Shown: positions 7,212 through 15,554 of the stretch, one piece after another
Position numbering within the stretch: the first letter of the stretch is position 1
How the letters are laid out: each line of letters starts with the position of its first letter
NCBI GenBank assembly: GCA_964359785.1
Contig: CAYHWL010000004.1
Span: forward strand, 1 to 44,767
Length of the DNA: 44,767 nt
Direction of reading: 5' to 3'
DNA from: an uncultured Methanosarcinales archaeon
GTDB lineage: Archaea > Nanobdellota > Nanobdellia > Woesearchaeales > JAGWAF01
Made by a program: the position numbers and the translations under genes
Notes under the pieces: generated by a model
What the model was told of the DNA's origin: nothing
The model's database searches: none
What the model saw: the letters and a program-made list of their open reading frames with translations, nothing else

Positions 7212-8735
7212 TCAGGCTATCCCGCCAAATGACATCTTCTTAAGAAGAGGTTTCTCTTCTTTGACGATATCACTAAATAACGGCACATAGATAGGTGTGG
7301 CGAAACGCGCGAAATTGCTTGTCACAATCGCCTCCCCCTTGTCAAGCGAGGCTATCTGTCGGTCATCAGAGCTCAAGTCTTGCGCCGCCGATTCGATCAA
7401 TGCTTGCCGTTCAGGTTTCATCTCAACTCCCAAGATTATCTTGGTGTTCATGTTGGCCAAGATGTCCCGAGGAATCAAAGAAGGCAGTTGCGTGATCGCA
7501 ATTAGACCCACTTTAAATTTACGTCCCTCACGGGCAATCGAACCAAACACGTTGCTTCCGCGTTCAAGCGTCTCCTTTCCAAGCACACGGGCGGCTTCTT
7601 CAAGCAAAATAGAGATCACAGGTTTCATAGCGAGCTCCCCTCTTGACATATACCGTTTGTACCTCTCAAATATCTCATGAGCGAGCAGACTGCCGACAAG
7701 CAACTCAATGCTTCCATCAAAGAGGGAGGTGTCAACGATCACAGTATTTGCTTTCTCAAGTTCTCCCACGATATCTGAAAGTGTGCTCTGGCCTATCTTG
7801 TCATCAAACACGCCATGGCAGACGATTCGACTCTCCTCCAGATCAACATTGAGCAGCAGTCCAAGCCTTCTTTTCACGACAGCCACAGTATTCTCATTGA
7901 AATTGAAACCCTCCACCACGCGATCCAAAAATATCGCCTCGATCCACTCGCGTCCAAATCTGCGGTAATAAGCGGCGAGATAATCGCGCTGTGGGTCACT
8001 CCAGTCCAGCACCCCCATGAAGTGTGACGGACGTAACATGGATAGATTGATCTTGAGCGTCCTGGCTCCAGGCGGCGGCATCCTGCAGGTATAGTATACC
8101 ACTTTCTCACGCAGTGGATGGTCTTTCAGCCCCACGCCATTCCGTCCATAATACTCATCATGAGGATCCAAGACTAATATCCCACAATAGCTTTCAGAGA
8201 GCGTTTTCCACAACACTACAGAGCATAGATTCGATTTTCCCTTGCCTGTTGTGGCTGGTATCAGTACATGATGGGAAAACGCTTTCTCGCCATCCAAAAA
8301 GACTGGCACATCAGCCAAAACCTTACTCCCGCTGCGCAGATTCCCCAAAAATAGCGGAGATGCAGGTTTTGTCAGGAACTTAAGGTCGTCAGATGTGACA
8401 GCCCGCACATTGGAGAAGAACGCAGGCAGGTTCTTGCATGATACTGCGCGATACCCATTGATAGTCAATAGACTTTTAGCGCGAGCAAGATTATAATTCC
8501 GCAGATGCTCATCAAAAAAGGGATTCTTATTGTCTTCCTCAAGCCGCAACCCAGAGATCAGTTCCAAATTCTGTGAGGAAAGCTGTGATCCATAGATGAG
8601 ATTATACGCCTGCAACAGTATCAGTCCATCCATGGAAGGCGCGCATAGCAGCTCCCCAAGTTCAATCCCTGCCCCCTTTTTCTCTCGAATGACCAGATCG
8701 CCAAATTCCCCTCCGATGATCAAACCCTTATCCAT
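7212..8735 (-). CDS. HerA-like helicase/ATPase (DUF87, FtsK-HerA superfamily)
   Basis: Walker [23 protein letters not shown], Walker [36 protein letters not shown]; N-terminal HAS-barrel-like region. Confidence 0.88.
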   Translation of the reverse strand: MDKGLIIGGEFGDLVIREKKGAGIELGELLCAPSMDGLILLQAYNLIYGSQLSSQNLELISGLRLEEDNKNPFFDEHLRNYNLARAKSLLTINGYRAVSCKNLPAFFSNVRAVTSDDLKFLTKPASPLFLGNLRSGSKVLADVPVFLDGEKAFSHHVLIPATTGKGKSNLCSVVLWKTLSESYCGILVLDPHDEYYGRNGVGLKDHPLREKVVYYTCRMPPPGARTLKINLSMLRPSHFMGVLDWSDPQRDYLAAYYRRFGREWIEAIFLDRVVEGFNFNENTVAVVKRRLGLLLNVDLEESRIVCHGVFDDKIGQSTLSDIVGELEKANTVIVDTSLFDGSIELLVGSLLAHEIFERYKRYMSRGELAMKPVISILLEEAARVLGKETLERGSNVFGSIAREGRKFKVGLIAITQLPSLIPRDILANMNTKIILGVEMKPERQALIESAAQDLSSDDRQIASLDKGEAIVTSNFARFATPIYVPLFSDIVKEEKPLLKKMSFGGIA

Positions 8736-8789
8736 AACAAGAGGAATCCAAGGGTATTATTTTAGGCTTGTCTATTCAAGGGCGAGAAC

Positions 8790-9137
8790 CTATTTGGCGG
8801 CCCCGATATTAAGGGAGTATCCCTTGCGTTGATAGTAACTCATGAGCGTTTCATTGCAATTCTTGCAAGTCTGATAGTGGTCTCCTAGACTCTCGATATG
8901 GGCTTTCACGAATTCATCGGATTCCTCTCCATCGAGCCAGTTCAGAAGGACTAATGCGGAGATATGGTCTGCTTGTCGGTGATAATTATTGGTGATATCT
9001 GCGACATTGCCTGGGTTTATGATGCCTGCCAGGACTTCTGCACTCCAGTCCATTTCCTCTGCAGGGCCCTTGAGATCAGCCGGAGGGTCTGGGAAGTATT
9101 TCACCCAATCGCTGCCTTTGCTTGATTGTTGTGTCAA
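8790..9137 (-). CDS. Hypothetical protein with HxxxCxxC zinc-finger-like motif
   Basis: 115 aa; TTG start preceded by GAGGTGA; contains HYQTCKNC. Confidence 0.6.
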   Translation of the reverse strand: MTQQSSKGSDWVKYFPDPPADLKGPAEEMDWSAEVLAGIINPGNVADITNNYHRQADHISALVLLNWLDGEESDEFVKAHIESLGDHYQTCKNCNETLMSYYQRKGYSLNIGAAK

Positions 9138-9204
9138 AATGGATCACCTCATGAGATTTATGAGAACAGGGTATATTTAATATAAGATACTTATGCTATC
9201 AGGA

Positions 9205-9261
9205 TAGACCACTCTTTCAAAAGCATTATATATCAAAAAAAGCCTATACATGGCATGGCAA
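9205..9261 (+). repeat. 57-bp direct repeat, copy 1 (promoter plus start codon)
   Basis: tagaccactctttcaaaagcattatatatcaaaaaaagcctatacatggcATGgcaa; 55/57 identical to 14634..14690; contains ATTATATA 30 nt before the ATG. Confidence 0.95.
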
Positions 9262-9791
9262 CAGCCACAAAACCAAGGAAAGATTTCGACGGCAGAGTCT
9301 GGCCGACCATTCTTGATTTCAATGTCAATATAGACTCTCAACTCACATCCAAAGCGAATTTTCTCTTTGGAGCAAGCACATTGATGTTCATGTACTTAGT
9401 GGACAAGTATCTGTTCTCGCCAATAACATTAACTTCTATAGATTACGCGGCAGTCTTGATCCTCCTGGCTGGAAGTTTCATAGCGATGGTCCTTGAATTG
9501 ATGGTCATCCTCCCAAAGATCAGGTTGTTCCAGAAAAAGGAGAGGGTCAAAGAAGATGTGTTGTACTACAAGAACATCATGAACTTCTACACAAGGGAAC
9601 AATATGTCAGGTATCTAAAAGATCTTCCGCTAGACGAGACTAGGATCTCCAAGGCATATGCCAATCAGATATACTCTTTGGCGACACATATAATTCCCTA
9701 TAAATTCGCCATGCTAAAGAAAGCCGGATGGATACAGGTGTTCTCGTTACTAGTGGCCGTCCTTCTTCTGCTTACCGGCCATTTCATTTAA
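9255..9791 (+). CDS. Pycsar effector-like (PycTM/DUF5706) membrane protein
   Basis: SQLTSKANFLFG followed by two TM helices ending ILPK, LYYKNI, then AYANQIYSLATHIIPYKFAMLKKA and a final TM helix; this is the PycTM pattern. Confidence 0.75.
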   Translation: MATATKPRKDFDGRVWPTILDFNVNIDSQLTSKANFLFGASTLMFMYLVDKYLFSPITLTSIDYAAVLILLAGSFIAMVLELMVILPKIRLFQKKERVKEDVLYYKNIMNFYTREQYVRYLKDLPLDETRISKAYANQIYSLATHIIPYKFAMLKKAGWIQVFSLLVAVLLLLTGHFI

Positions 9792-9795
9792 TAGG

Positions 9796-12462
9796 TTATT
9801 TTATCTCGACGTACGCCTTGTCGAAGTCTTTGATTCTCTTTGGCCAATTATATATCCTTCGCTCGCCTTCTTGTTGCACTTCCACTTTGAGCCACTCATT
9901 ATCCATTGAGACGCTCACTCTTGGTTCTGGATTTGAATCCCTTACTGGTCTTATCCCAAGATTTGGAAAGCTCTCTTCAAGATGAAATTTTCCGTCCCAA
10001 CAAGGCTGATCTAGCAGGAAGATGTAGCTTCTGCAAGGTATCACAAGATCAGAATCAGGTTGCCAATATCGCCACAGTTCTTTGTTTCCGTATTCGTTGC
10101 AAGGCCTTACCCGAAGCGGTATTCCCGTTATCCTATCGATCTCATCAGTATGGACTAATCCCGGGTTGCCTGATGGAATTTTCACTTGCGTAGCCATTCC
10201 CTCCAGATCAAGCCCTGGATGGTCTATTAATCTTGATTTGTCCTTGATCACTGAATCAAGAAACTCGACAAAGTTGGATCCCGACATCGAGCCTACCATC
10301 TGACCGTCTTTTTTGTGTTGGGCATCATCAAGCACTTTCCAGAATTCTCCAAGGCTTAGCATGCCTACCCCTAGTTTTTCGCACAGGTTCTTTGCCTCAA
10401 GGTAAGTGATGTGATTTATCCTTCCTTCGTAATCAACTGACAGACCAGGTTCCGCTTTACGCACTTCACGAGTATCGCGTAGAAAGTCCCTTTTCACCCA
10501 TTTGTTTATTGAAGAAGAATGGAAGTAAGAATTGAATGCTGATACCACCGATTGCAGCACAGGGGCTGTCTTTTTCCTTGAGAGCTGTAGTCCTCGTCCG
10601 CTAAAGTCAATCAAGTGTTCTCCTTTGTTTATCTTACAACTAGGGAATTCAAAAGTCACTATCTGCTCCAGGACATCCATAACAGCGTCTTTGAACCCTT
10701 GAGTTGTTTCTGGGTTGAATGCGCAATACAATCTCTCAAGATTCACGTTTTCATTGTCTTGCAGATAATCTGTCAATTTCACCAGTGTAAGAGGCAGATT
10801 CCTCTCAAGAGTATTCTTACTTGCAAGTTCGCAAAGCCGATGATAAAGAGAACCTTTCATTAGTTCGCCTTCCCTGTTGAATCCCCCTTTTATCTTAGCG
10901 ACAGCAAATCCGAATCCCCAATCCTCCTTATAGTCCCTTTGAAATAGTATTGAAGAGTCATCAGTATTCAGAAGGTGCGACATCAGATCAGAGTATAGTG
11001 GATCATCTTCATCCTTGGTTATTCGTTGCAGATGATCCATCAACACTATATCTTGTGAGGTCATCTTATGAGCGACGCGATTTTCTGTGTCCATCAAGGC
11101 TGCAGCGTAGAGGTAGTGCGCCACATCAATCGGGATATCCACACCCATCCCAAGCAGCTTGTTGGTTATAAGGGCCGCCGTGGAGCCTAGCATCTCAAGG
11201 GTCTTTGGGATCACACGTTTCTTTGCCGCATCGCAGACCGCATGGTGATCGATGATGGACGAAAAATACTTCTGGACTTCTGGTTCGCGGTTCTGATCTA
11301 CTGAGATCCACCTTGATAGTCCTGTGCGTTTTGCCTCGCTATAAAGCGGGTCGGTGGTCAGCACAAGTTTTTCTGCTAGGCCTCCAAGGAGCCTGCTCAC
11401 CTCATCAGGCACTCTGCTTGATTGGATGACTGGAATATATGTGATTTTGGAGCCGCCACAATGGTTTCTCCATGCCTCGACCATTGAACTGATCGCTGTG
11501 TCGGTGTCAGGGTTTCTATGCCCCATGACAAAGCATATATCGTTTTTATCTTGAAGTGCTTTCTCAAGGCAAGCCCTCCTTGAGTTGATGAATTCCCTAA
11601 AGCCCCCGAATCTATCTGTGTCCACCCCAAGCGCACAAGCGCAATCCGACACGTCATAAGAAGAGGAGATATTGCCAAGTCTGTCAAAGAATTCCTCTTT
11701 CAATCGAAGCGAGAGCGAATCATCTCCAAGAAATCTTCCGCCATAATTTTTGATGAAAGCCAGGAAGTCTTGTTCTGTCTTGATGGAGTCTAGAAGATTT
11801 AGTATAACCGGGTCTATCATCGGGTTTAGTGGTGAGCGTCTGCATTCTCTTATCATCAGCTTTGGCTGTCGCGCATCGACTGGTATCCCAAGGTCATAGC
11901 TTGGCATACCTACGGAAGTGACATACCCCCTAATAGGCGCCACGGCCCCAAGTTTTGTCACCGAAAGATCAGGTGACCAGTATTTCCAAAGGCTTGAGAA
12001 TTTTTCTCTGTGCGACAAGACATTTCTAGGTTCGCCATTTTCCAAAATGTTATCTTGAGGTGTGAACCATCCAGGTCTTCCAAGCGGCGTGTTGGATGTT
12101 TCTTTTTTTCCAGCATACTGGTATTTCTCTTCCAATGAAGGATTGTCGATGAATCGCAGATCTTGAAGATAGACCCTATCTAGCCACTCTGCGAAAAGTG
12201 GCGATTCCAGTTCGGCTCTCATCTCAGGATCGCTTTCACTATGCACAGTCCAATATTCTATTGGGGTCATCATCACGGAATCGAGTGATTCAAGTAACTT
12301 TTTGCTGCTATCAAAATCAAGATTGATTATCCTTCCCTCGTCATCCCAATCAAGTTTTACGCCTGCATCATCTGCCGCTTGATTGACTCGGGAATCTAAT
12401 CGCAAAGGCGATCTGGCTACATAAAGTCCTGTTTTTTTCGAATATGCAAAGTCCGTTTTCAT
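9796..12462 (-). CDS. Family II (DHH/DHHA2) inorganic pyrophosphatase-like core flanked by two homologous FGE-sulfatase/C-type-lectin-like domains
   Basis: Core motifs VMGHRNPDTDTAISS, SVDQN, IIDHH, GSTAALI, ALMDT, RDYKE, LSRKK. N- and C-terminal regions align: DDEGRIINL/DYEGRINHI, EYW/EFW, PLGRPGW/PSGNPGL, LWKYWSPD/LWRYWQPD, PKLMIRECR/PNLGIRPVR. Confidence 0.8.
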   Translation of the reverse strand: MKTDFAYSKKTGLYVARSPLRLDSRVNQAADDAGVKLDWDDEGRIINLDFDSSKKLLESLDSVMMTPIEYWTVHSESDPEMRAELESPLFAEWLDRVYLQDLRFIDNPSLEEKYQYAGKKETSNTPLGRPGWFTPQDNILENGEPRNVLSHREKFSSLWKYWSPDLSVTKLGAVAPIRGYVTSVGMPSYDLGIPVDARQPKLMIRECRRSPLNPMIDPVILNLLDSIKTEQDFLAFIKNYGGRFLGDDSLSLRLKEEFFDRLGNISSSYDVSDCACALGVDTDRFGGFREFINSRRACLEKALQDKNDICFVMGHRNPDTDTAISSMVEAWRNHCGGSKITYIPVIQSSRVPDEVSRLLGGLAEKLVLTTDPLYSEAKRTGLSRWISVDQNREPEVQKYFSSIIDHHAVCDAAKKRVIPKTLEMLGSTAALITNKLLGMGVDIPIDVAHYLYAAALMDTENRVAHKMTSQDIVLMDHLQRITKDEDDPLYSDLMSHLLNTDDSSILFQRDYKEDWGFGFAVAKIKGGFNREGELMKGSLYHRLCELASKNTLERNLPLTLVKLTDYLQDNENVNLERLYCAFNPETTQGFKDAVMDVLEQIVTFEFPSCKINKGEHLIDFSGRGLQLSRKKTAPVLQSVVSAFNSYFHSSSINKWVKRDFLRDTREVRKAEPGLSVDYEGRINHITYLEAKNLCEKLGVGMLSLGEFWKVLDDAQHKKDGQMVGSMSGSNFVEFLDSVIKDKSRLIDHPGLDLEGMATQVKIPSGNPGLVHTDEIDRITGIPLRVRPCNEYGNKELWRYWQPDSDLVIPCRSYIFLLDQPCWDGKFHLEESFPNLGIRPVRDSNPEPRVSVSMDNEWLKVEVQQEGERRIYNWPKRIKDFDKAYVEIK

Positions 12463-12884
12463 ACTAGCACCCCAATCACTTTTTTAGCTTCTTCCTCGCT
12501 GTCTGCGCAATGGAATATATTGTATGAGAGTCTGCCTTCCAACGCGCAAGTATCATAATTTTGACCCTTGGCATAATCTCCACGGATCGAACCTGCCCTC
12601 GCATCGCTTGGATTGCTTGCGCCCCGTATCTCTAGAAGTCGTTTGATCGCGTCAGGTCCACTCACTCGCAACAGGATGATTTCATTAGTCGTCAGATACT
12701 CCCTCATTTTCGCATAGAACCATTTGGATTTTGTATGTCCGTAGATGATTTCAAATTCATCATTTGACAAGATCTTGCGCTTAGATTCCTCGACAGCAAG
12801 ACCAACAGATTTGATTCGCCAAATGATATCCAAAAAGTGCTCCAGCCCTTCAGGTTTTACCATCCCATATGTTGTCTGAGTCAT
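12459..12884 (-). CDS. ndk: Nucleoside diphosphate kinase
   Basis: TYGMVKPEG, GASNP...GSIRGDYA, NIFHCADS with the catalytic His. Confidence 0.9.
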   Translation of the reverse strand: MTQTTYGMVKPEGLEHFLDIIWRIKSVGLAVEESKRKILSNDEFEIIYGHTKSKWFYAKMREYLTTNEIILLRVSGPDAIKRLLEIRGASNPSDARAGSIRGDYAKGQNYDTCALEGRLSYNIFHCADSEEEAKKVIGVLV

Positions 12885-12919
12885 TGTATCCTCCGTATCG
12901 GATCATTTATTGCTTCACC

Positions 12920-13144
12920 CTACTCTTTGTGTGGAAGGTCTCCTCTTTCATGGAGTATCGCTGCGCCTATCTCATATTGGTCGTAGCCAAATCTTCCCAT
13001 GTGCTTATACAAGTCTGCTAGTGGACCAAACCGCGGGTATTCCCCTAGCGATGTCTCAAGATGATCCTTTAGGTAGTCTCGTAGACGTGTCCTTAAAGGA
13101 TCCTCGTTTGCTATGTTTTCCAAGTTTCTTCCTTTGTATTCCAT
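12920..13144 (-). CDS. Small hypothetical protein
   Basis: Within the operon; start placed at MEYKGRNLE (13144), preceded by a GGAGGAG SD. Confidence 0.55.
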   Translation of the reverse strand: MEYKGRNLENIANEDPLRTRLRDYLKDHLETSLGEYPRFGPLADLYKHMGRFGYDQYEIGAAILHERGDLPHKE

Positions 13145-13180
13145 TTTGGTCTCCTCCGTTTCTTTTATCCTCGACTTCAC

Positions 13181-13687
13181 TTATAGTTCTTCGAGTATTT
13201 TTTGTACCCTTTCCGCAAGACCTGTGCTTGGGATTCGCACCACTTCGTATCCTTTTGCCTTGTAGATTTCTTCGAAGCGTTTCTCAAGGCGCATCGCCTC
13301 CTCATGGTTCTCTCGTCTCACTTCGTTCGTATGGGTGCTACCCAGGTTCTCTATCAGGAAGACTTTTGTGTAGCTTCCACCCGCTTTTCTGATGTTTTCG
13401 GTCAGCGCTTTCTCACTTGAGTAAGCCAGTCCGTCTTCGTATCCCCTGTCGATAAAGACTCTTGCCGCATCCTTTGGCACCCGCGCATCCCTTTGAATCT
13501 GCAGTTCCAGTATTTTTTGCTGGAAGTCGCTGTCAGTCCAAGGCTGCTTTTGCCCCTCGGCTTGCCTCATCCTGATGTAATCCTCAGCCGCTTCGCGGAT
13601 CACATGCTCCCCGTACCTTATCTCCAGACGCTGTGCTATCGAACTTTTTCCGCATCCCGGAGCTCCTGTCAAGATGTATTTTTTCAT
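13181..13687 (-). CDS. AAA_28 (NadR/Ttd14-type) P-loop NTPase, nucleotide-kinase fold
   Basis: KYILTGAPGCGKS, IREAA, FIDRG, VRRENHEEA, YKAKGYEVVRIP...ERV; GGTGA SD. Confidence 0.85.
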   Translation of the reverse strand: MKKYILTGAPGCGKSSIAQRLEIRYGEHVIREAAEDYIRMRQAEGQKQPWTDSDFQQKILELQIQRDARVPKDAARVFIDRGYEDGLAYSSEKALTENIRKAGGSYTKVFLIENLGSTHTNEVRRENHEEAMRLEKRFEEIYKAKGYEVVRIPSTGLAERVQKILEEL

Positions 13688-13702
13688 GTTTGATCACCAA
13701 TA

Positions 13703-13776
13703 TAGTTATAGTGTTTTAATCAATTTATAATTTAGTTTCAATTAATAACTACAGTGTTTCAATAAGTTTATAAACT
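13703..13776. promoter_or_regulatory. Divergent promoter region with candidate operator motifs
   Basis: Imperfect direct repeat TAGTTATAGTGTTT (13703) / TAACTACAGTGTTT (13746); palindrome AGTTTATAAACT (13765-13776) overlapping the TATA box. Confidence 0.45.
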
Positions 13777-13796
13777 GCCAAATGTTCCTGGCACAC

Positions 13797-14636
13797 ATGG
13801 GAGTCACCCAAAAAGAGATAGACAAGATAGTCGCTTTTGTAAGACAAGAACCGCGCACAATACAAGAGATAGCCCACCTTATCGAAAGATCATGGGTGAC
13901 TGCTGATTCATATGTCAAAGAGATACAAGATAGCACCGGACAGGTGAATATTAAGGTCTTCCGCAAAGGCACCCATGGCGCGACAAAGATTGCTTACTAC
14001 AACTACTCGGAAAGTCTGCTTGGAGATGCCAAAAAAGAAGAGCTTCTAAACAGGATCCTAAATTCCAGACGCAAGCAGGATTTTGATTTCCTTGAAATAT
14101 TCCAATTCGTGCCCGATGACAAGAAGAAGGCTTTCTTTGAAGAGTATAAAGACCCTAATATAGCGACATCGCAAAAGGTAGGGAAATTCCTGCGTAATGC
14201 AAATCATTCAGTCACATACTTTAGCGGCAACCTATCCTTTGTCAACATTGTTGAAAAGGGCGAAAAGGTAATCGATGTGATTGAAGAGCTCTTAGAAAGG
14301 GGCGTCAGTTTCAAGATCTTATGCAGAGTCAATCTTTCTTCTATCAACAATATCAACCTACTGACGACATTACTGAAAAAATACCCAGGGCAGATAGATA
14401 TCAAGCATTGCTATCAACCCTTGAGAGGCTACATTCTAGATGACAGTATGGCCCGTTTTGTCAATGAAGAGTTCGCAAATGATTACAAGAAAGGTGAGCT
14501 GAACCAAGATATTCGCATGTTCTGTGAGGTATATGATCAAGACTGGATCGCATGGTTGCGTAAATTATATTGGCACCTAGCCAAGACCTCTATAGACTAC
14601 CAAAGCAGGGCCAAGATGATAAGCAAATTCCTCTAG
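13797..14636 (+). CDS. Putative transcriptional regulator (N-terminal winged HTH, C-terminal TrmB/PLD-like ligand domain)
   Basis: QEPRTIQEIAHLIERSWVTADSYV HTH; LERGVSFKILC...PLRGYILDD TrmB-like pattern; divergent from the operon; start 13797 fits the TATA spacing (ORF track gives 13782). Confidence 0.7.
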   Translation: MGVTQKEIDKIVAFVRQEPRTIQEIAHLIERSWVTADSYVKEIQDSTGQVNIKVFRKGTHGATKIAYYNYSESLLGDAKKEELLNRILNSRRKQDFDFLEIFQFVPDDKKKAFFEEYKDPNIATSQKVGKFLRNANHSVTYFSGNLSFVNIVEKGEKVIDVIEELLERGVSFKILCRVNLSSINNINLLTTLLKKYPGQIDIKHCYQPLRGYILDDSMARFVNEEFANDYKKGELNQDIRMFCEVYDQDWIAWLRKLYWHLAKTSIDYQSRAKMISKFL

Positions 14637-14690
14637 ACCACTCTTTCAAAAGCATTATATATCAAAAAAAGCCCAGACATGGCATGGCAA
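14634..14690 (+). repeat. 57-bp direct repeat, copy 2 (promoter plus start codon)
   Basis: tagaccactctttcaaaagcattatatatcaaaaaaagcccagacatggcATGgcaa. Confidence 0.95.
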
Positions 14691-15007
14691 AGACTAAACC
14701 AGCCAAGAGAGCACAAAAAAGATACCACAATCCTGTGATGTCCGAGTCCCAGTTCAAAAAAGAGATGCGAGCCTTAAGGAAGATACATTCGCTCACAGAC
14801 CACAAGAAGGAGCAGAAAGTCCTCAAAGAGGTCAAAAAGGTGGAGTGGCTCAAGATCCCATCAGACAAGGAGCTCAAAGTAGAGATTGACCGCCTAAAAC
14901 AAGAGGAGCGCAAGGCAGGCACCATGCTAAACCCAGTAAAGGAAGCCTACGAACCGCTTCCAAGTTCAAAAGAGATACTAAAAAAAGAGAAGAGAAAAAA
15001 GAGATGA
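14684..15007 (+). CDS. Small Lys-rich basic hypothetical protein
   Basis: Start placed at MAKTKPAKRAQK (ATG 14684, 30 nt after the TATA box); 107 aa, very basic. Confidence 0.7.
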   Translation: MAKTKPAKRAQKRYHNPVMSESQFKKEMRALRKIHSLTDHKKEQKVLKEVKKVEWLKIPSDKELKVEIDRLKQEERKAGTMLNPVKEAYEPLPSSKEILKKEKRKKR

Positions 15008-15484
15008 CTATCGTCTATACCGACTGACATCAACTCCCAGATCTTCCGGTCCAAAGGCTAGGGGCAATAGCTCGCTTATTGTGGCGACCACTATCTTATC
15101 GTGTTGCGTGGTCGACATTATCACTTCCAGGTCTACTTTAGATATCACCGAGGCTTCATATAGCATCTGCCTGCAGCTTCCGCATGGCGCCGATACTTCC
15201 TTGGTGTCAAAACTCTCTCCCCTGGCGATTATGGCGATGCGGTCAAAGAGCCGTGACCCTTGAGCATATGCTCTCATTATCGCTCCTCTTTCAGCGCAGA
15301 TTGTCGAGCCATACGCCGCGTTCTCAACATTCACGCCAGTGATTATTGTTCCATCCCGCGCCAATATAGCCGCGCCCACATAAAAATGTGAATATAGATT
15401 GTATGCGTTTCTCATAACTTCTTGGGCCGCTTCCAAGAGCGATTTGTCTTCCAGACTCAATGATTCATAATTGACTTGTCTCAT
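15008..15484 (-). CDS. cdd: Cytidine deaminase (tetrameric type)
   Basis: AYNLYSHFYVGAA, GVNVENAAYGSTICAER, PCGSCRQML, ELLPLAF. Confidence 0.95.
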   Translation of the reverse strand: MRQVNYESLSLEDKSLLEAAQEVMRNAYNLYSHFYVGAAILARDGTIITGVNVENAAYGSTICAERGAIMRAYAQGSRLFDRIAIIARGESFDTKEVSAPCGSCRQMLYEASVISKVDLEVIMSTTQHDKIVVATISELLPLAFGPEDLGVDVSRYRR

Positions 15485-15554
15485 CCACAGAGGAGTTCAC
15501 ACCTAATATTTAAGCCTAGCTCGACTTTTTAAGCCGTCATCTATAACACCATTC

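Noticed and set aside
9255-9791. Complete Pycsar system
   Set aside because: No adjacent nucleotide cyclase is recognisable.
9796-12462. Diversity-generating retroelement target (CLec-like fold)
   Set aside because: No reverse transcriptase and no TR/VR pair with adenine-specific mismatches seen; the two domains are anciently diverged.
12910-13392. 160-aa plus-strand ORF
   Set aside because: Antisense to the AAA_28 operon; no motifs.
14570-14683. Upstream extension of the basic ORF
   Set aside because: Overlaps the regulator's end and spans the duplicated promoter; the start at 14684 fits the TATA spacing.
9205-14690. Classical integrative element or provirus
   Set aside because: No integrase, transposase, tRNA target or virion genes recognised; reported only as a repeat-bounded island.
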